Of a stretch of 64,000 nt of DNA, positions 32,308 through 44,133 are shown one piece after another; position 1 is the first letter of the stretch; each line of letters begins with the position of its first letter. Source of the DNA: a virus (Duplodnaviria; Caudoviricetes); IMG/VR virus record IMGVR_UViG_2871003000_000003, positions 1 through 64,000 of that record; one strand, given 5' to 3'. The position numbers and the translations under genes are program-made. The notes below the pieces were generated by a model that saw only the letters and a list, made by a program, of their open reading frames with translations, did no database searches and was not told the origin of the DNA.

Positions 32308-34908
32308 TTAATTATTTGTTTTTGTAACTGCTTTTCTTACTAAATCAACTGGTATTACCATAAACGCAAGAACTACAATAATTAACCAATGATTGAAATC
32401 TAACGGTGTTACCTTAATCAATTCACCTGCAAAATTGCAAAGTATTACAGTAATCATAAAAATGCTAATTGCGATATATCCAAATAATTTATTTTTTCTA
32501 ATTCCTTTTAATAGATTGAAACTATCTGTTCTAATATTAAATCCGTTAAACACTGCCATAAAACATAACAATGCGAATCTCGCAGTCATTGCCTCTACAT
32601 CCGTTAAAAACATTTTAGAAATAGGACTAAGAATGATTACTCCATATAATGCAATAAAAGATATTGTACTAACTGCAATTCGTGTTTTGGCTCCCCTTAT
32701 AAATAATCCGGAACCTTTTTTAATTGGCTCTTCATACATGTATTCTTCTTTTGGTGGCTCTCCTCCAAAAGAAAGTGAATTCAACGAATCCATAATAATA
32801 TTTACAATAAGAATCTGTACCGATGCTAGTAATGATCCAACTGCTACAATCGGATACAACACACTCAAAATAAGTAAAGAAATGTTAATCGGTAACTGGA
32901 ACTCTAAAAACATCATAATGTTGTGCATAAATGTTCTTCCTAGTTCTACCGCTTTTACAACTGAAGCAAAATTATCGTCTGTAAGCACAATGTCTGACGC
33001 TTCTTTTGCAACATCGCTTCCTGTTTGCATTCCAAATCCAACATCAGAACGTTTTAATGCTGGCGAGTCATTTACCCCGTCTCCTGTCATCGCAACAGAT
33101 CTACCAATCTCTTGAGCTAAAGTAACAAGTCTCAATTTTGTATTCGGAGAGCATCTTGAAATTACTCTCAATGATGGGATAATTTCTTTGACATCTTCAT
33201 CACTCATATTTTCGAATTCATCATTTGTGAGAGCTACATCACCATCTTTGTAAATTCCGCATTCTTTTGCTACCGCAATTGCAGTTTCAATACAATCTCC
33301 TGTAATCTCAATAACTTGAATACCAGCTTTATGTGCAATATTCACTGCGTCTGGAACCTCGTCCCTAACAGGATCAACGACTCCAATAATACCAAGTAAT
33401 GACATATCTTCCGGTAGTTTATTCTCTTCTAACTTTTCATTTTTAGAAGACAACGCAATACATCTCATAGATTTCGTTGTCATTTCTCTAAGTTTATTCT
33501 GAATCGCTTCTTTGTCCTTAGATGTAAAAGATTTTCTATTTCCTTCCTCATCAATCATAAATGAACACTTTTCAATAATTCTCTCAGGCGCTCCTTTATA
33601 ATATGTAAGGTTGTCCTTTGTAGTAAACGCTGAATATTTATTACTACTGCTAAACACTTGCTTGTCTAACATTTGAATATTCTTATTAATATTTTTGTAT
33701 TCATCTGAATTAACTAAGGACATCATGGCTCTATCAATTGAATTTCCACCAGTAATCATCCCATCTTTGTCAAATGTAGAACTGTTGTTCAAAACAATGT
33801 TGTTTTTCATTTCATTCCACAATTTTGAATTCATATCAATTTCTTTTGTATTTGAACCAATAATTATCTTTGGAGTCATAACACCTGTTGTTAATGTTCC
33901 TGTCTTATCAGTACAAATAATGTCAACATATGCTAATTCAGGAATTTTACCTGGATTCTTGGCAAGGATATTGAACTTCTCCATTGTTTTTACGTTCTGT
34001 TTGGTAACAAGTTTTACAATTAATGGAAGTCCTTCCGGAACTGCAGCAACAACAATGGTTAATGCAACTGAAAAATTCTGTGCAAATTTCTGAATTAAAT
34101 TGAAAATGTCATCCGAAAAATATTTTGAAACACCAACTTCCATAATTCCAGAAACGGTAAGAACAATAAACGTAATTGATGCTGCAATCGTTCCCCACTT
34201 AGAAATAAAGCCACTTAAATTATCTAACGCAATATCAAGAGCTGTTTTAGGAGCCTCTAGTGTTTGCATTTTTACCAATGTATCTCCATTGACTGTATTT
34301 ACACCAACATCTGTGACAACCATTTTTCCTTCGCCGGACATCACGGTTGTTCCTGCAAACAAACAATTCTGATTTGTATACGCATCTGTCGATGTTGTTT
34401 TCTTATGAATATATCCATCAATCGGCGTTTTCTTACACTCTTTTGTTTCTCCATTAATTGCAGCATTGTTAACTGAAATTTTACCTTCCATAAGATATCC
34501 ATCTGCAAAAATCTCTTGTCCCATTCCTACACAAACAACATCTCCCACAACCAATTCATCTTTATTGATTGTTTGCAATTGACCATTTCGTATTACATCA
34601 CAATACCTAATAGATGTTTTTGCTCTTAATTCTGCTGCTGATTTTTGTACACCCAACCCTGTCTTAACCGCGATACAAGTTACAATTGCAAGAACAAACA
34701 TAATCATAAGCGGTTCAGATAATTCCATTACACCTAAAAACCCCAACACCATTTGCAACATGGCAATTGCAATTAAAATCATAGTGATTTTTTCACATAG
34801 AGCATCTTTTGCAAAATGATACCATTTTTTTAATTTCGGCTCTGGTAATTTATTAGAACCGTACTTTTCTCTGTTTTCCACAACTTGTTCATTTGTTAAT
34901 CCGTTCAT
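32308..34908 (-). CDS. P-type ATPase, P2 (Ca2+-transporting-like)
   Basis: PEGL, DKTGT, KGAPE, DP, TGDGVND, multiple TM helices; start at the SD-supported ATG at 34908. Confidence 0.93.
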   Translation of the reverse strand: MNGLTNEQVVENREKYGSNKLPEPKLKKWYHFAKDALCEKITMILIAIAMLQMVLGFLGVMELSEPLMIMFVLAIVTCIAVKTGLGVQKSAAELRAKTSIRYCDVIRNGQLQTINKDELVVGDVVCVGMGQEIFADGYLMEGKISVNNAAINGETKECKKTPIDGYIHKKTTSTDAYTNQNCLFAGTTVMSGEGKMVVTDVGVNTVNGDTLVKMQTLEAPKTALDIALDNLSGFISKWGTIAASITFIVLTVSGIMEVGVSKYFSDDIFNLIQKFAQNFSVALTIVVAAVPEGLPLIVKLVTKQNVKTMEKFNILAKNPGKIPELAYVDIICTDKTGTLTTGVMTPKIIIGSNTKEIDMNSKLWNEMKNNIVLNNSSTFDKDGMITGGNSIDRAMMSLVNSDEYKNINKNIQMLDKQVFSSSNKYSAFTTKDNLTYYKGAPERIIEKCSFMIDEEGNRKSFTSKDKEAIQNKLREMTTKSMRCIALSSKNEKLEENKLPEDMSLLGIIGVVDPVRDEVPDAVNIAHKAGIQVIEITGDCIETAIAVAKECGIYKDGDVALTNDEFENMSDEDVKEIIPSLRVISRCSPNTKLRLVTLAQEIGRSVAMTGDGVNDSPALKRSDVGFGMQTGSDVAKEASDIVLTDDNFASVVKAVELGRTFMHNIMMFLEFQLPINISLLILSVLYPIVAVGSLLASVQILIVNIIMDSLNSLSFGGEPPKEEYMYEEPIKKGSGLFIRGAKTRIAVSTISFIALYGVIILSPISKMFLTDVEAMTARFALLCFMAVFNGFNIRTDSFNLLKGIRKNKLFGYIAISIFMITVILCNFAGELIKVTPLDFNHWLIIVVLAFMVIPVDLVRKAVTKTNN

Positions 34909-34909
34909 C

Positions 34910-37297
34910 TTACTCTCCTTTTTCATTTTCTTTATGTAAATCACCAATCTCTTTCATGGCGCGTACATACGCTTCTTTCTGAATATTAATTGCTCTTTCA
35001 CGTTTTTTCTTATCTCTTTTTACTTTTCGCTCATGAGCAAGTCTCTTTTTCATTGCTTCTTCATGTTTCTTATTCTCTTCTTCAACAAGTTTTCTATCAT
35101 GTTCTTTAATTGCCTTATCGACCATCTTTACATATTTCTTTTGGTAAGAAAGTTCTGTTGCCATATGCTCAATTCCTTCTAATGTATATTTGTCTTTATA
35201 CATTTTTTTTGATAAAGCAACAAATAAACCTCTCTGTAAATCAAACTTGTCCTTGTCATCACAAACAACTTTCTCCTGTGTGTTATCACTAAAATCAACT
35301 CTAATTACTTTATTTGGAAATAAAATTTCAAAACTAGAAATTTCAATGTTATTATTATCTTCGTATACAGATGATTTAGAAATTTCTAATCCAATTCCAC
35401 TGCACATCTCCTTACATAGATTATAAGTCGTCTTTACTTTATAAAAATCTTCCTTCATTCTCTATTCTCCTTTTATCTATATGTTTTATAATATCTATAA
35501 CAAAAATTAGTCAAAAAATAATAAAGCTATATACATATTAAATTTATTTCATTTTATTTAATCATAATTCCGAAAAATCAAAGTGCTCACCGCAGCTACA
35601 CTCAACCGTCCCAAACACTCCAATTGATGTTGGCGTAAAATGATATGTATAGCTTCCGCCAATTGCTCCACCATACCTAATCTTTTTAGAAGATTTTGTA
35701 ATTCCATGAACTTTTTCTTCGTGTTCATTCTTCCATTTCTTAATTCTCTCATTTTCAATCTCTGTAATTGGAAATCCGCGCAGAAGATCTTCTCTCATAT
35801 TATCTAACTGTTGATTCATCTTCTGAATTTCTTCATCTTTGTCGTATTCGTCTGTCAGTCTTTTATTCTCTTTTACAAGACGGTCAATGCGCATATCTTT
35901 GTTTTTACATTCATCCATAATAAAATCAACTGCGTCCTGAACTGTCCTACACGTTTTCTCTGATCTCACCAGCATAATTAGTCCTCTTTTTTCTTATTCT
36001 CTTCTTGATTCACTCCAACATTCGCTATTTTATAAAGAATATCGTATAACCATCCACGAAAACTACACTTTCGTGATTCAAATTTATCAGCTATGTAACA
36101 AAGTAATATAATTACAAATATAATTACAGGTGAAAACCATCCGCATAAACATATACATAATAAATCTCTTACATTAAAATAATCCTTTAAATCTTCTTTG
36201 TTATATTCACTTTTCCTTAAAGTACTAAGAAGCAAAAACAGCCATGAAAGAAAACCTACAAAAATCCACGATACAATAATCACTAAAATCCACCTCCGTT
36301 CTACTGCAGTATAAAACCAAGATTTAATTCATTTGACTTGTTCATTTGTTCTTCCTTACAATTCAATATAATTCCATCTTTTCTTATCTTCGTATTTCCA
36401 CTGGATCTGTCCCTGGTAAATTCTCGTCTCGATATTTACTACATTGTCCATACCTAGGATAAATTCTCTATAAGAATCAATATCTCTTTCTGACAAATCA
36501 TGAATCGTTTTAAAAATATCTAAATTCTTACAAATATGTTCTACTGACCACTCGTAATCTGTTAATGAAAGCTGTCTTTCAAATTATTCTTGCACGATTA
36601 CATTATTATCTTTAGGATTATCTTTTACATGTAGTTCTGCATAAACTTCATAGACATCCGACTTAAAGAATGAGTTACTGTAAACAAGTCCATCTAATAA
36701 ATTCACCGCACAATTTTCTCCGATATCTGAAAGTTTCATATAGTAAGTTTCTCTGAAGCAAAATACATGTCCTGATTTAATGTTCATTACATTTGTCATC
36801 ATTTTCTTATTCGATACAATTTTCATATAATCAGTCATCCTTCCTATTTTTATAAATGACACCATTTATTTACTAAGTCCGCCTGCTTTTCTGTGAGTTC
36901 TGTAAGAAGAATCTCATTTAATAAATCAAGTTGCAATTCAGCCATCTCTCTACAAATCTCTCCGCACTCTGGCTCCGGTTTTTCGCTACATTTTTTACAT
37001 GCTCCTGTACAAATCTTCATATTTAAATCGCTCCATTTCTTTCTTCTGTTTCTGAATCTTAATTGCCTGATCACAAATAATCTCGCGTAAAATTTCAATA
37101 TCTTGTTTATGCATATCAGTAGATGTATTAGCCATTGTATTTGTTTTTATCAATGAACAAATACACTCCATACATTCTGTCATATCATCAACAGTAATAT
37201 CTGATTGACATCCATTTTCTACCATTAAATATAATTCACTCAAATTCTTGTTATATTGTCTAATTGTATCTAAATTTTCTTCAGATAACTTTCTCAT
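34910..37297 (-). CDS. hypothetical proteins (34910-35458, 35562-35975, 35978-36283, 36584-36865, 36995-37297)
   Basis: Co-oriented ORFs, no recognisable motifs. Confidence 0.6.
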
Positions 37298-38223
37298 TAT
37301 TCACACCTCGCTTTATCACACTCATGAAATCTTAATAACATGTTATATTTTTCTTCGCCAAATATGTTTTTCCATTTATTTTTAGTTTTTTCCGTGTTCC
37401 AATTAAAAGGCATCATGTGATAATTAATTAAAAAACAACAATCTAACAAAAAAACATCGGTATTATATTCTTCAAATGGATTATACAATGTTGTTAAAAC
37501 ACAATACGATCCGACATTTTCATGTCCAAAATAATGAGCAATCCCATTTTCATCAATCGTCTGCGTGTACAATTTACCAAAATCATGTATTTTTGCACCA
37601 AGAAGAAAACCGCTTTTATATACATCATAAGGATGAGCCAAATCTGAAAACTTGTTATATGTAAAATCACAATGGTCTTCTAAATACATATTGTGGTGCG
37701 GATTTTTTTGATCAAATCCTGTCATTGATATCGTAACTGCATTTGGAAGGATTTTTCCAGCATATGTATATCCCACATCATGAATAACAATTTCACTAAA
37801 TCCTTCTTCTTTAAAAGGAATTTGAAATCTTCTTAACTGCTTTTCGAGTACATATTCTGGTACTGTATGTTCTCTATTCTTATTATCTTTAACACAATCT
37901 TTGTATTTCTTAGGTACAATATAACAAATCTTCTCAACATCCAATTTTTTCACGTGCTCAACAATCGCGCGTCGTGACTTTATCGTGATATTCGTTGCAT
38001 CTGCAATTACATTTTTATTCTTATTTAATGATTCTCTTATTCTCTTATTAAAAATATTAAACACTTTTTCATTATCAGATTGATTTTGGCATGATCCAAA
38101 CAATTCTTCTCTAATTGCATCTGAAGATACAATCTCTGCATTATATTTGACAGCTAAATCTTTTGCAATGCTGGACTTTCCACTTCCAGAAAGTCCACAC
38201 ATAATAAATAATTTGGGTTGCAT
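37297..38223 (-). CDS. polynucleotide kinase (AAA_33) fused to HD domain
   Basis: GLSGSGKS, SSDAIR, DATN; NPHH...H, HDFGK, GHENVG, HM. Confidence 0.85.
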   Translation of the reverse strand: MQPKLFIMCGLSGSGKSSIAKDLAVKYNAEIVSSDAIREELFGSCQNQSDNEKVFNIFNKRIRESLNKNKNVIADATNITIKSRRAIVEHVKKLDVEKICYIVPKKYKDCVKDNKNREHTVPEYVLEKQLRRFQIPFKEEGFSEIVIHDVGYTYAGKILPNAVTISMTGFDQKNPHHNMYLEDHCDFTYNKFSDLAHPYDVYKSGFLLGAKIHDFGKLYTQTIDENGIAHYFGHENVGSYCVLTTLYNPFEEYNTDVFLLDCCFLINYHMMPFNWNTEKTKNKWKNIFGEEKYNMLLRFHECDKARCE

Positions 38224-39528
38224 TTACATTGCTTCCTCCATTAATTCTTCAGCCTCTTCCATATCCGGAACATCTGAAGTGTCTTTAATAATTGATTCAA
38301 TTACCTTAAACTCAAACACTTTGTCCTTATAAGCTGTAAATGATTCTCTATTATCAATACGTACAACCACACCTTCAGCAATATGTGTTCTTCCAATTTC
38401 ATCTGCCGGCATACCAGATAAATATTTATTTACTCTTTCCATTAGATCTTCTTTTGTTGTATAAATAAATTTTTCTAATTCTGGAACATATTTTACACCA
38501 AGTTTATCACACCAAATTTTAACCACTTCCCAAGGAACTTCCATTACTGTTCCATCACCGGTTGTCATAGTCATACGATAAACATACATCTCAGATTCTC
38601 CTGGCTGACAACCATAAGAAAATGTTGTCTCTTTCCCAAACTTCTTTGTAAACTCTTTATCTTTGACTTTTGAATTTGATGCAGAACCCATAATTGGTGT
38701 AGTCTCATTTACATATCCTACAATTTCGTAAAACACTTCACATCCTTCAGGTAATTTATCCTTTAATAAATCGTGATATTTTTTTCTGAATGCATTATCA
38801 GAATAATATCCATCTGTGCCATTCAAATCTTTAATTACAACTCTTCTACTTCCAGACACAACAGAAATTTCTTTTGTCTGTTTCTGTCTCATATGTAATA
38901 ATTCTCTCAACTTACTATTTTTCTTTGTAATTTTTAATGTCTTAGCAGTACGAGCAGATGTTCCATGAAGCTTACGTGTAATATAGACTGTATCACCAGG
39001 CTTAAAAGAATTTAAATTATATGCAAGCTGCGCAGTATCTTTATGTTCTTCAAAAAATGGATAGGAAATATTTTCTTTATACTTCTCTTTCTTTTTATTA
39101 GAGTTAATATTACTTCTTTTATTTCCTCTTGGAATATACTTTTTACAAATTTCATGTCCTCTAAGAACTGTAATTTGATCTCCATCTTTCAGTTTATTAA
39201 TATCAGTATATTTCGAAAGTGTATCAATTGGTAAAATCAGCCCTTCAGATTTTTCACCTCTTAATCTGATTGCAGTTACATTTCTCTTATTTGGATCCAT
39301 ATAACCACCAACGTTATTTCCGTTCTCGTCCTTTACTCTCACGAGTTTGTTGTCATTTGCATACTCTTCAGAAAGCTGTCCATCAGACGGAAAGAATACA
39401 ACCCTCTGTCCATCTTTATAACTCAAATCCACAATCACATTCTGTCCGAATACCTCTACACACTGTAAACGATCAGCATTGCTATGTTTTCTTAATCCTT
39501 TAAGTGTTGTAATATATCCACAATACAT
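38224..39528 (-). CDS. RNA ligase (Rnl2/DRB0094-like) with N-terminal OB domain
   Basis: KHSNADRL, RLRGEKSEGL, motif I KLHGTS, YEIVG, EGVVVR. Confidence 0.8.
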   Translation of the reverse strand: MYCGYITTLKGLRKHSNADRLQCVEVFGQNVIVDLSYKDGQRVVFFPSDGQLSEEYANDNKLVRVKDENGNNVGGYMDPNKRNVTAIRLRGEKSEGLILPIDTLSKYTDINKLKDGDQITVLRGHEICKKYIPRGNKRSNINSNKKKEKYKENISYPFFEEHKDTAQLAYNLNSFKPGDTVYITRKLHGTSARTAKTLKITKKNSKLRELLHMRQKQTKEISVVSGSRRVVIKDLNGTDGYYSDNAFRKKYHDLLKDKLPEGCEVFYEIVGYVNETTPIMGSASNSKVKDKEFTKKFGKETTFSYGCQPGESEMYVYRMTMTTGDGTVMEVPWEVVKIWCDKLGVKYVPELEKFIYTTKEDLMERVNKYLSGMPADEIGRTHIAEGVVVRIDNRESFTAYKDKVFEFKVIESIIKDTSDVPDMEEAEELMEEAM

Positions 39529-39548
39529 AATATTTATCTCCTTCTATC

Positions 39549-40064
39549 TCAACATCTCGCATATTCGTCTACAAATTTCTTCATTACTCTCGAAACATGT
39601 GGCTGAGAACATCCAGCAATTTTCATTATTTCCACTTGTTTATATCCTTGTAAAAATAATGAGATGATAGGTTTATGTTTTTCTTTCATTTTATTAAATG
39701 CATTTCGAAGAGCAATTTTATGAATACAATCGTTCTCAACATTTTGATCTGATTGTATTTTGTCAATAAATTCTACCTTGTTTCCGGATTCGTTCTCATA
39801 CTCTGTGTTATAATATAGAATCTCATTTTTTGGAATTGTCCTTTGACGTAACTCTTTTTTCTTTTCGCTATACACTTCATTAAACATACATTTGAATGCA
39901 TATGTAGAAAATTTGGACGTTCCTTCATTAAATGTTTTCGCTGCTTTACACATTCCAATTGCAGCCAAATCATACCAATCTTCCATATTTAATTTTTCTT
40001 TCTGTAAAAATCTATAGATCAAATTATGATTGTCAGTTACTAACTGTTTTTGATAATCGGTCAA
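39549..40064 (-). CDS. sigma-70 family sigma factor
   Basis: Region 2 (IGMCKAAKTF..SKFSTYA) and region 4 HTH (QVEI..IAGCSQPHVSR). Confidence 0.88.
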   Translation of the reverse strand: MTDYQKQLVTDNHNLIYRFLQKEKLNMEDWYDLAAIGMCKAAKTFNEGTSKFSTYAFKCMFNEVYSEKKKELRQRTIPKNEILYYNTEYENESGNKVEFIDKIQSDQNVENDCIHKIALRNAFNKMKEKHKPIISLFLQGYKQVEIMKIAGCSQPHVSRVMKKFVDEYARC

Positions 40065-40175
40065 TTTGTCACCTCATTTATAACAAAATTTTTAAATACA
40101 AGATTTATCTCTTTTTATTCACTCATTTTCACTATACAATCTGTAATTTTTACAATAGTAAAAAGACATTTATTC

Positions 40176-43100
40176 TCATTGGTCAGAATTAATTAAATTA
40201 CATACAAGTTCGTTTAGTTCATTCTTTTTACTTTTTGGTATGTAACACACAAATTCTGTATACATATCTAAACCTTCCTTATATCTATTAATTTCATTTT
40301 CTTCTTTACAAAAATCAATATTGTGTTCATTGCATACCTTAACTAAAACGTCCCTTAAATGATACCCATCGCAACTATCCAATCCTGTTTTCTGAATATC
40401 AATATCTTTGCTTATAACATTATCAACTTCAATGTTCGTATAACAATTATTCCCTTTTCCGTCTAAATCAGTTATGCAAACCTTATTGTTAATTAGGTTA
40501 CACCATATCTTTTCGAACGTTTCACTCTTGACTAGTCTATTTTCTTCATACCTTGAAAAACTATAATATCCTACGGCTCTTACCCTTAAATTAACCAAAT
40601 TCATAGTCTATATTCCTCCTATTATTGTTGTCAATCTACCACCACAGTTAATCCACTCTTTATATTCTCTTCTGGTTTACTCCACTCTTCATATTCCAAG
40701 ACTGTATCATCTTCTTCATAGGTGTCTCCATCCATGGAAATCAGTTTCCCATCCTTACTCGCAGCGCAACCGATGAATATGGATTTTCCGTAATATTTTT
40801 CTTTATCTTTTGGAATCTTTAATCTATATGAGATGTAATCGTAATCTTTATTTTTAATCAGATCTTTAACTGTCAAAATATTCTTTCACCTCATCGAATC
40901 CTTTATAAGTTATTCCTTCTTCAATTGGTTTTAAAAAATCGCATAAAAATTTTAAAATTTTCTTACAGTCATCAACTGTTTCCACCTTATCCAAATTCAA
41001 CTTTGGAGTATAATATGTTCTTGTATTGGACAAACCTTTTATATTCTCTTCCTCTATATCTTTGCTATGATCAAATGCTCTTAATTCTTCTTTTGATAAC
41101 CATTTAATCCATGCACCACAATCACTACAATACAATCCCGTATTGTTACCCTTTTGATCAGTATATAAATCTGTGCTGCCACATTTTTTACAACAATTTT
41201 GATACATTTATTTTCCTCTTTTTTTTATGAAACTATTCTTTCATTCATCTTATTACAAAAAAATAATATCTTCGTATTCTCCTGTATAACATGGCATGAT
41301 TACTGTATTAAAAAACTTTTTATCAATCCTCTCATCACACCACATTTTCCCGGATCTAAATCCTATGAATGATTTTGATGCTTCCACCCAGATTAATTTT
41401 GTTCCGTCTGTAAATTCTGTTCGTAATTCATATTTACTATGAAATTTTTTAGAAACAATTTTACCACATGTTTTCTCAATTCCTGACATAATATCAATCG
41501 CTCTATAATAATCAAACCCAACAACAGCCCATTTTTTTATCAAACATTTTTTTAAATCCTGGTTCATTATCTTACTACATCTCCATTACTTATTTTGGAA
41601 TATCTTTGTTCCAACTCCTTCGACTTCAACTTGACAAACTGCTTGTCTTACAAAAAATTTATCGCAGCACTTATTAAACCATTTCTCAATTTCATCAAAG
41701 TTTCCATAATCTCTCAAATCGCCAAATACTGACACAGTTGTTGAAGCCATACATGATTTATCAGGATTATGCCATATGCTCATCTCCAACGTTCCTTCTG
41801 ATCCCATTGGAAGATATTTATGTTTGTCTTTTACCTCATAATTCTCATCATATTCAATATTGCTCATACCTCTGTAATCAACTTGTTTTCCAAAGATATC
41901 AATAATTTCTTCATCTGGTATTTCGCCAATACTATTTAATCGGAAACTTGCATTCACATGTGTCCACTGACTCATAATTTTCACCTCTTAAAATTAACCT
42001 TTCATATATTTGCTCAAACAACAAGTGTCTTTTCCAATATTTTTGTCATCATTCTGATATATAATTTTTTCCACCACGTAAGCTTTATACCCATATAATC
42101 TTCTACAAAATCTTCTGTTCTCATGTTTCTAAATTTCAATATTAGTGAAACTTTTTCATCATTTACATTCAATCTCAATTCACCATAGTAGCTGCGCAGC
42201 TTTACTCACATGTGAACGTTTGTCCTTCCTTTTGTTTTATAATTACTGTTTAAATATTCTCTTACAAATTAAAAAGTTTATAGTCTTCCCATTGGTATCC
42301 GCTTCCACACGGAACAATATTCGAATACAATTGAGAAATAGTCGTGTTATTCGCATCAATCCACGCTTTTCTCCATCTATATCCTCTTGCTCCGGCATTA
42401 GGATTAACTGTAATCCATTCTTCACCGTCACTGAATCTAATTTCTGATCTGATATAACATGATTTTGAGATGCCTTTAAATACCGTTTCAATTCCAGATT
42501 CGTTTTTATCCTTTTCGATTTCTAACAATTTATTTATCCCAACATCCATATCACTCGTATAGATAATACATTTTACAATTTGATTACTACATGTTGATCA
42601 GCACATTATAATATGCCATTTTCAGAAAAATAAATAGTGCAGAAATAATACGGGGATCTTCCATCCCCGAACCCCTGGAATCCTTGTTATAACAGTAATA
42701 GAAAAAATTATTACCGTTATAACAAGGCTAAAAATGGGATGTTTTAATTTTCCGAATTCTGCAAATTATGGCATCAAATAAAATGCGTTGTAACAACTAC
42801 ATGCTCCTTGCATTTAATTCCTTCTCCACTTCTTCCCATGTAAACTGTTCTGTAATAAGTTCATGAGTATATTTTTCCCAAATTGTTTTATAATCAACAC
42901 CCATTAGTTGGCTCATTTCGATTAAAGCATCGACAACTTTATTGATCTTAATTTCTACCATCTTCTTCTCCATTTGAAAGTGAATTTCTATTTTATTCTT
43001 TTTCTGTAAAACTAATCATTCTATTTCCATCTTTCGTTGCATATACAGTAATATATATATCTGCTTTTTCAATTTCCGTAATTAATTTATCTTCTAGTAT

Positions 43101-43883
43101 TTCTACTTTATAAGTTCCATCATCATTTTGATAAGCGTGAACTTCCCTTTTGCTGAACTTAGCCAATTTCTCTTTATCATCTACTTTCGTTGGTGATAAC
43201 CATTCAATATAACAATACGGAATAATTAAAATTTCTTCAGAATCTTTTAATTCAAAATAAAAATTATGCTCTAGTTTGCCTACAATTGATGCAGTAAAAT
43301 ACTGTTTAATTTTAGTTTTATATAATTCCTCCATCATATATCTTTCTTTAATCTTTACGTCATAAAATATTTTTTTACTTTCTTGCATTTAATCCACCTC
43401 TTATTTTATGAAATCCATTTCACCATTTTCACAGAGAAAATTATATTTATCTATCCACCCCTGTGCGGATAAATTGCCACATCTTTTCAATTGTTCTTTA
43501 TAGCTTCTATTAAAGACAAGTCGTGATATTCCAAATTTATACTCTGCAATTGTTTGTATCATTTTATATGTAAGAATAGCGTTTTTATTAGACAGTCGTC
43601 TGATTCTAGGATCTGAATATGTAAACGCCTCAGTATTGTCTTCTACTCTTCTTTCATCAGTCAATGATCTATCATATAGTTCTGTTGTTGCTATGTAATA
43701 ACATGTTAATTTAAAACATATATCCTCTATATCATCTCTGGATATTTGTTCTATATATTTAGTAGTTGGTTGCTCATCAATCGCTTCAACAATAAGATCT
43801 ACTGGAAATGTTTCGCGTCCATGATTCATACTTGCTCTTAACGAATCAACCAACTTATCTGCATCAATCAATCTTGTTTTCAT
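40176..43883 (-). CDS. run of small hypothetical proteins (40176-40604, 40631-40876, 40866-41207 Zn ribbon, 41253-41567, 41586-41984, 42262-42549, 42993-43388, 43401-43883)
   Basis: Co-oriented ORFs, most with SD sequences. Confidence 0.6.
42651..42727. repeat. two intergenic inverted repeats (7 bp and 19 bp arms)
   Basis: CGGGGAT/ATCCCCG at 42651-42669; CCTTGTTATAACAGTAATA/TATTACCGTTATAACAAGG at 42682-42727. Confidence 0.85.
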
Positions 43884-43911
43884 TTTATATCCCCCTTATG
43901 AAACGTGAGTT

Positions 43912-44133
43912 TCAATCAAATATCTCTGCAATATAATTATCTTTTTGAACTGTTGTTATTGTATTGCTACATCCGTCTGTCCTAAATGTATATTCTCTCA
44001 TATTGCATCTGCGCTCTTTTATTATTCCGGATTCGTATTCTTTTCGTATCTTCTTTGCATATTCTGTTCTTTGATATTTAAGACAGAAATATTCTTTCCC
44101 ACAAACAGATTTTACTCTGTCTGTGGATTTATA
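43912..44133 (-). CDS. 73 aa TRD-like extension in the -1 frame of the C5 methyltransferase
   Basis: Open -1 frame YKSTDRV...RTDGCSNTITTVQKDNYIAEIFD immediately after the slippery site. Confidence 0.7.
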   Translation of the reverse strand, partial: YKSTDRVKSVCGKEYFCLKYQRTEYAKKIRKEYESGIIKERRCNMREYTFRTDGCSNTITTVQKDNYIAEIFD

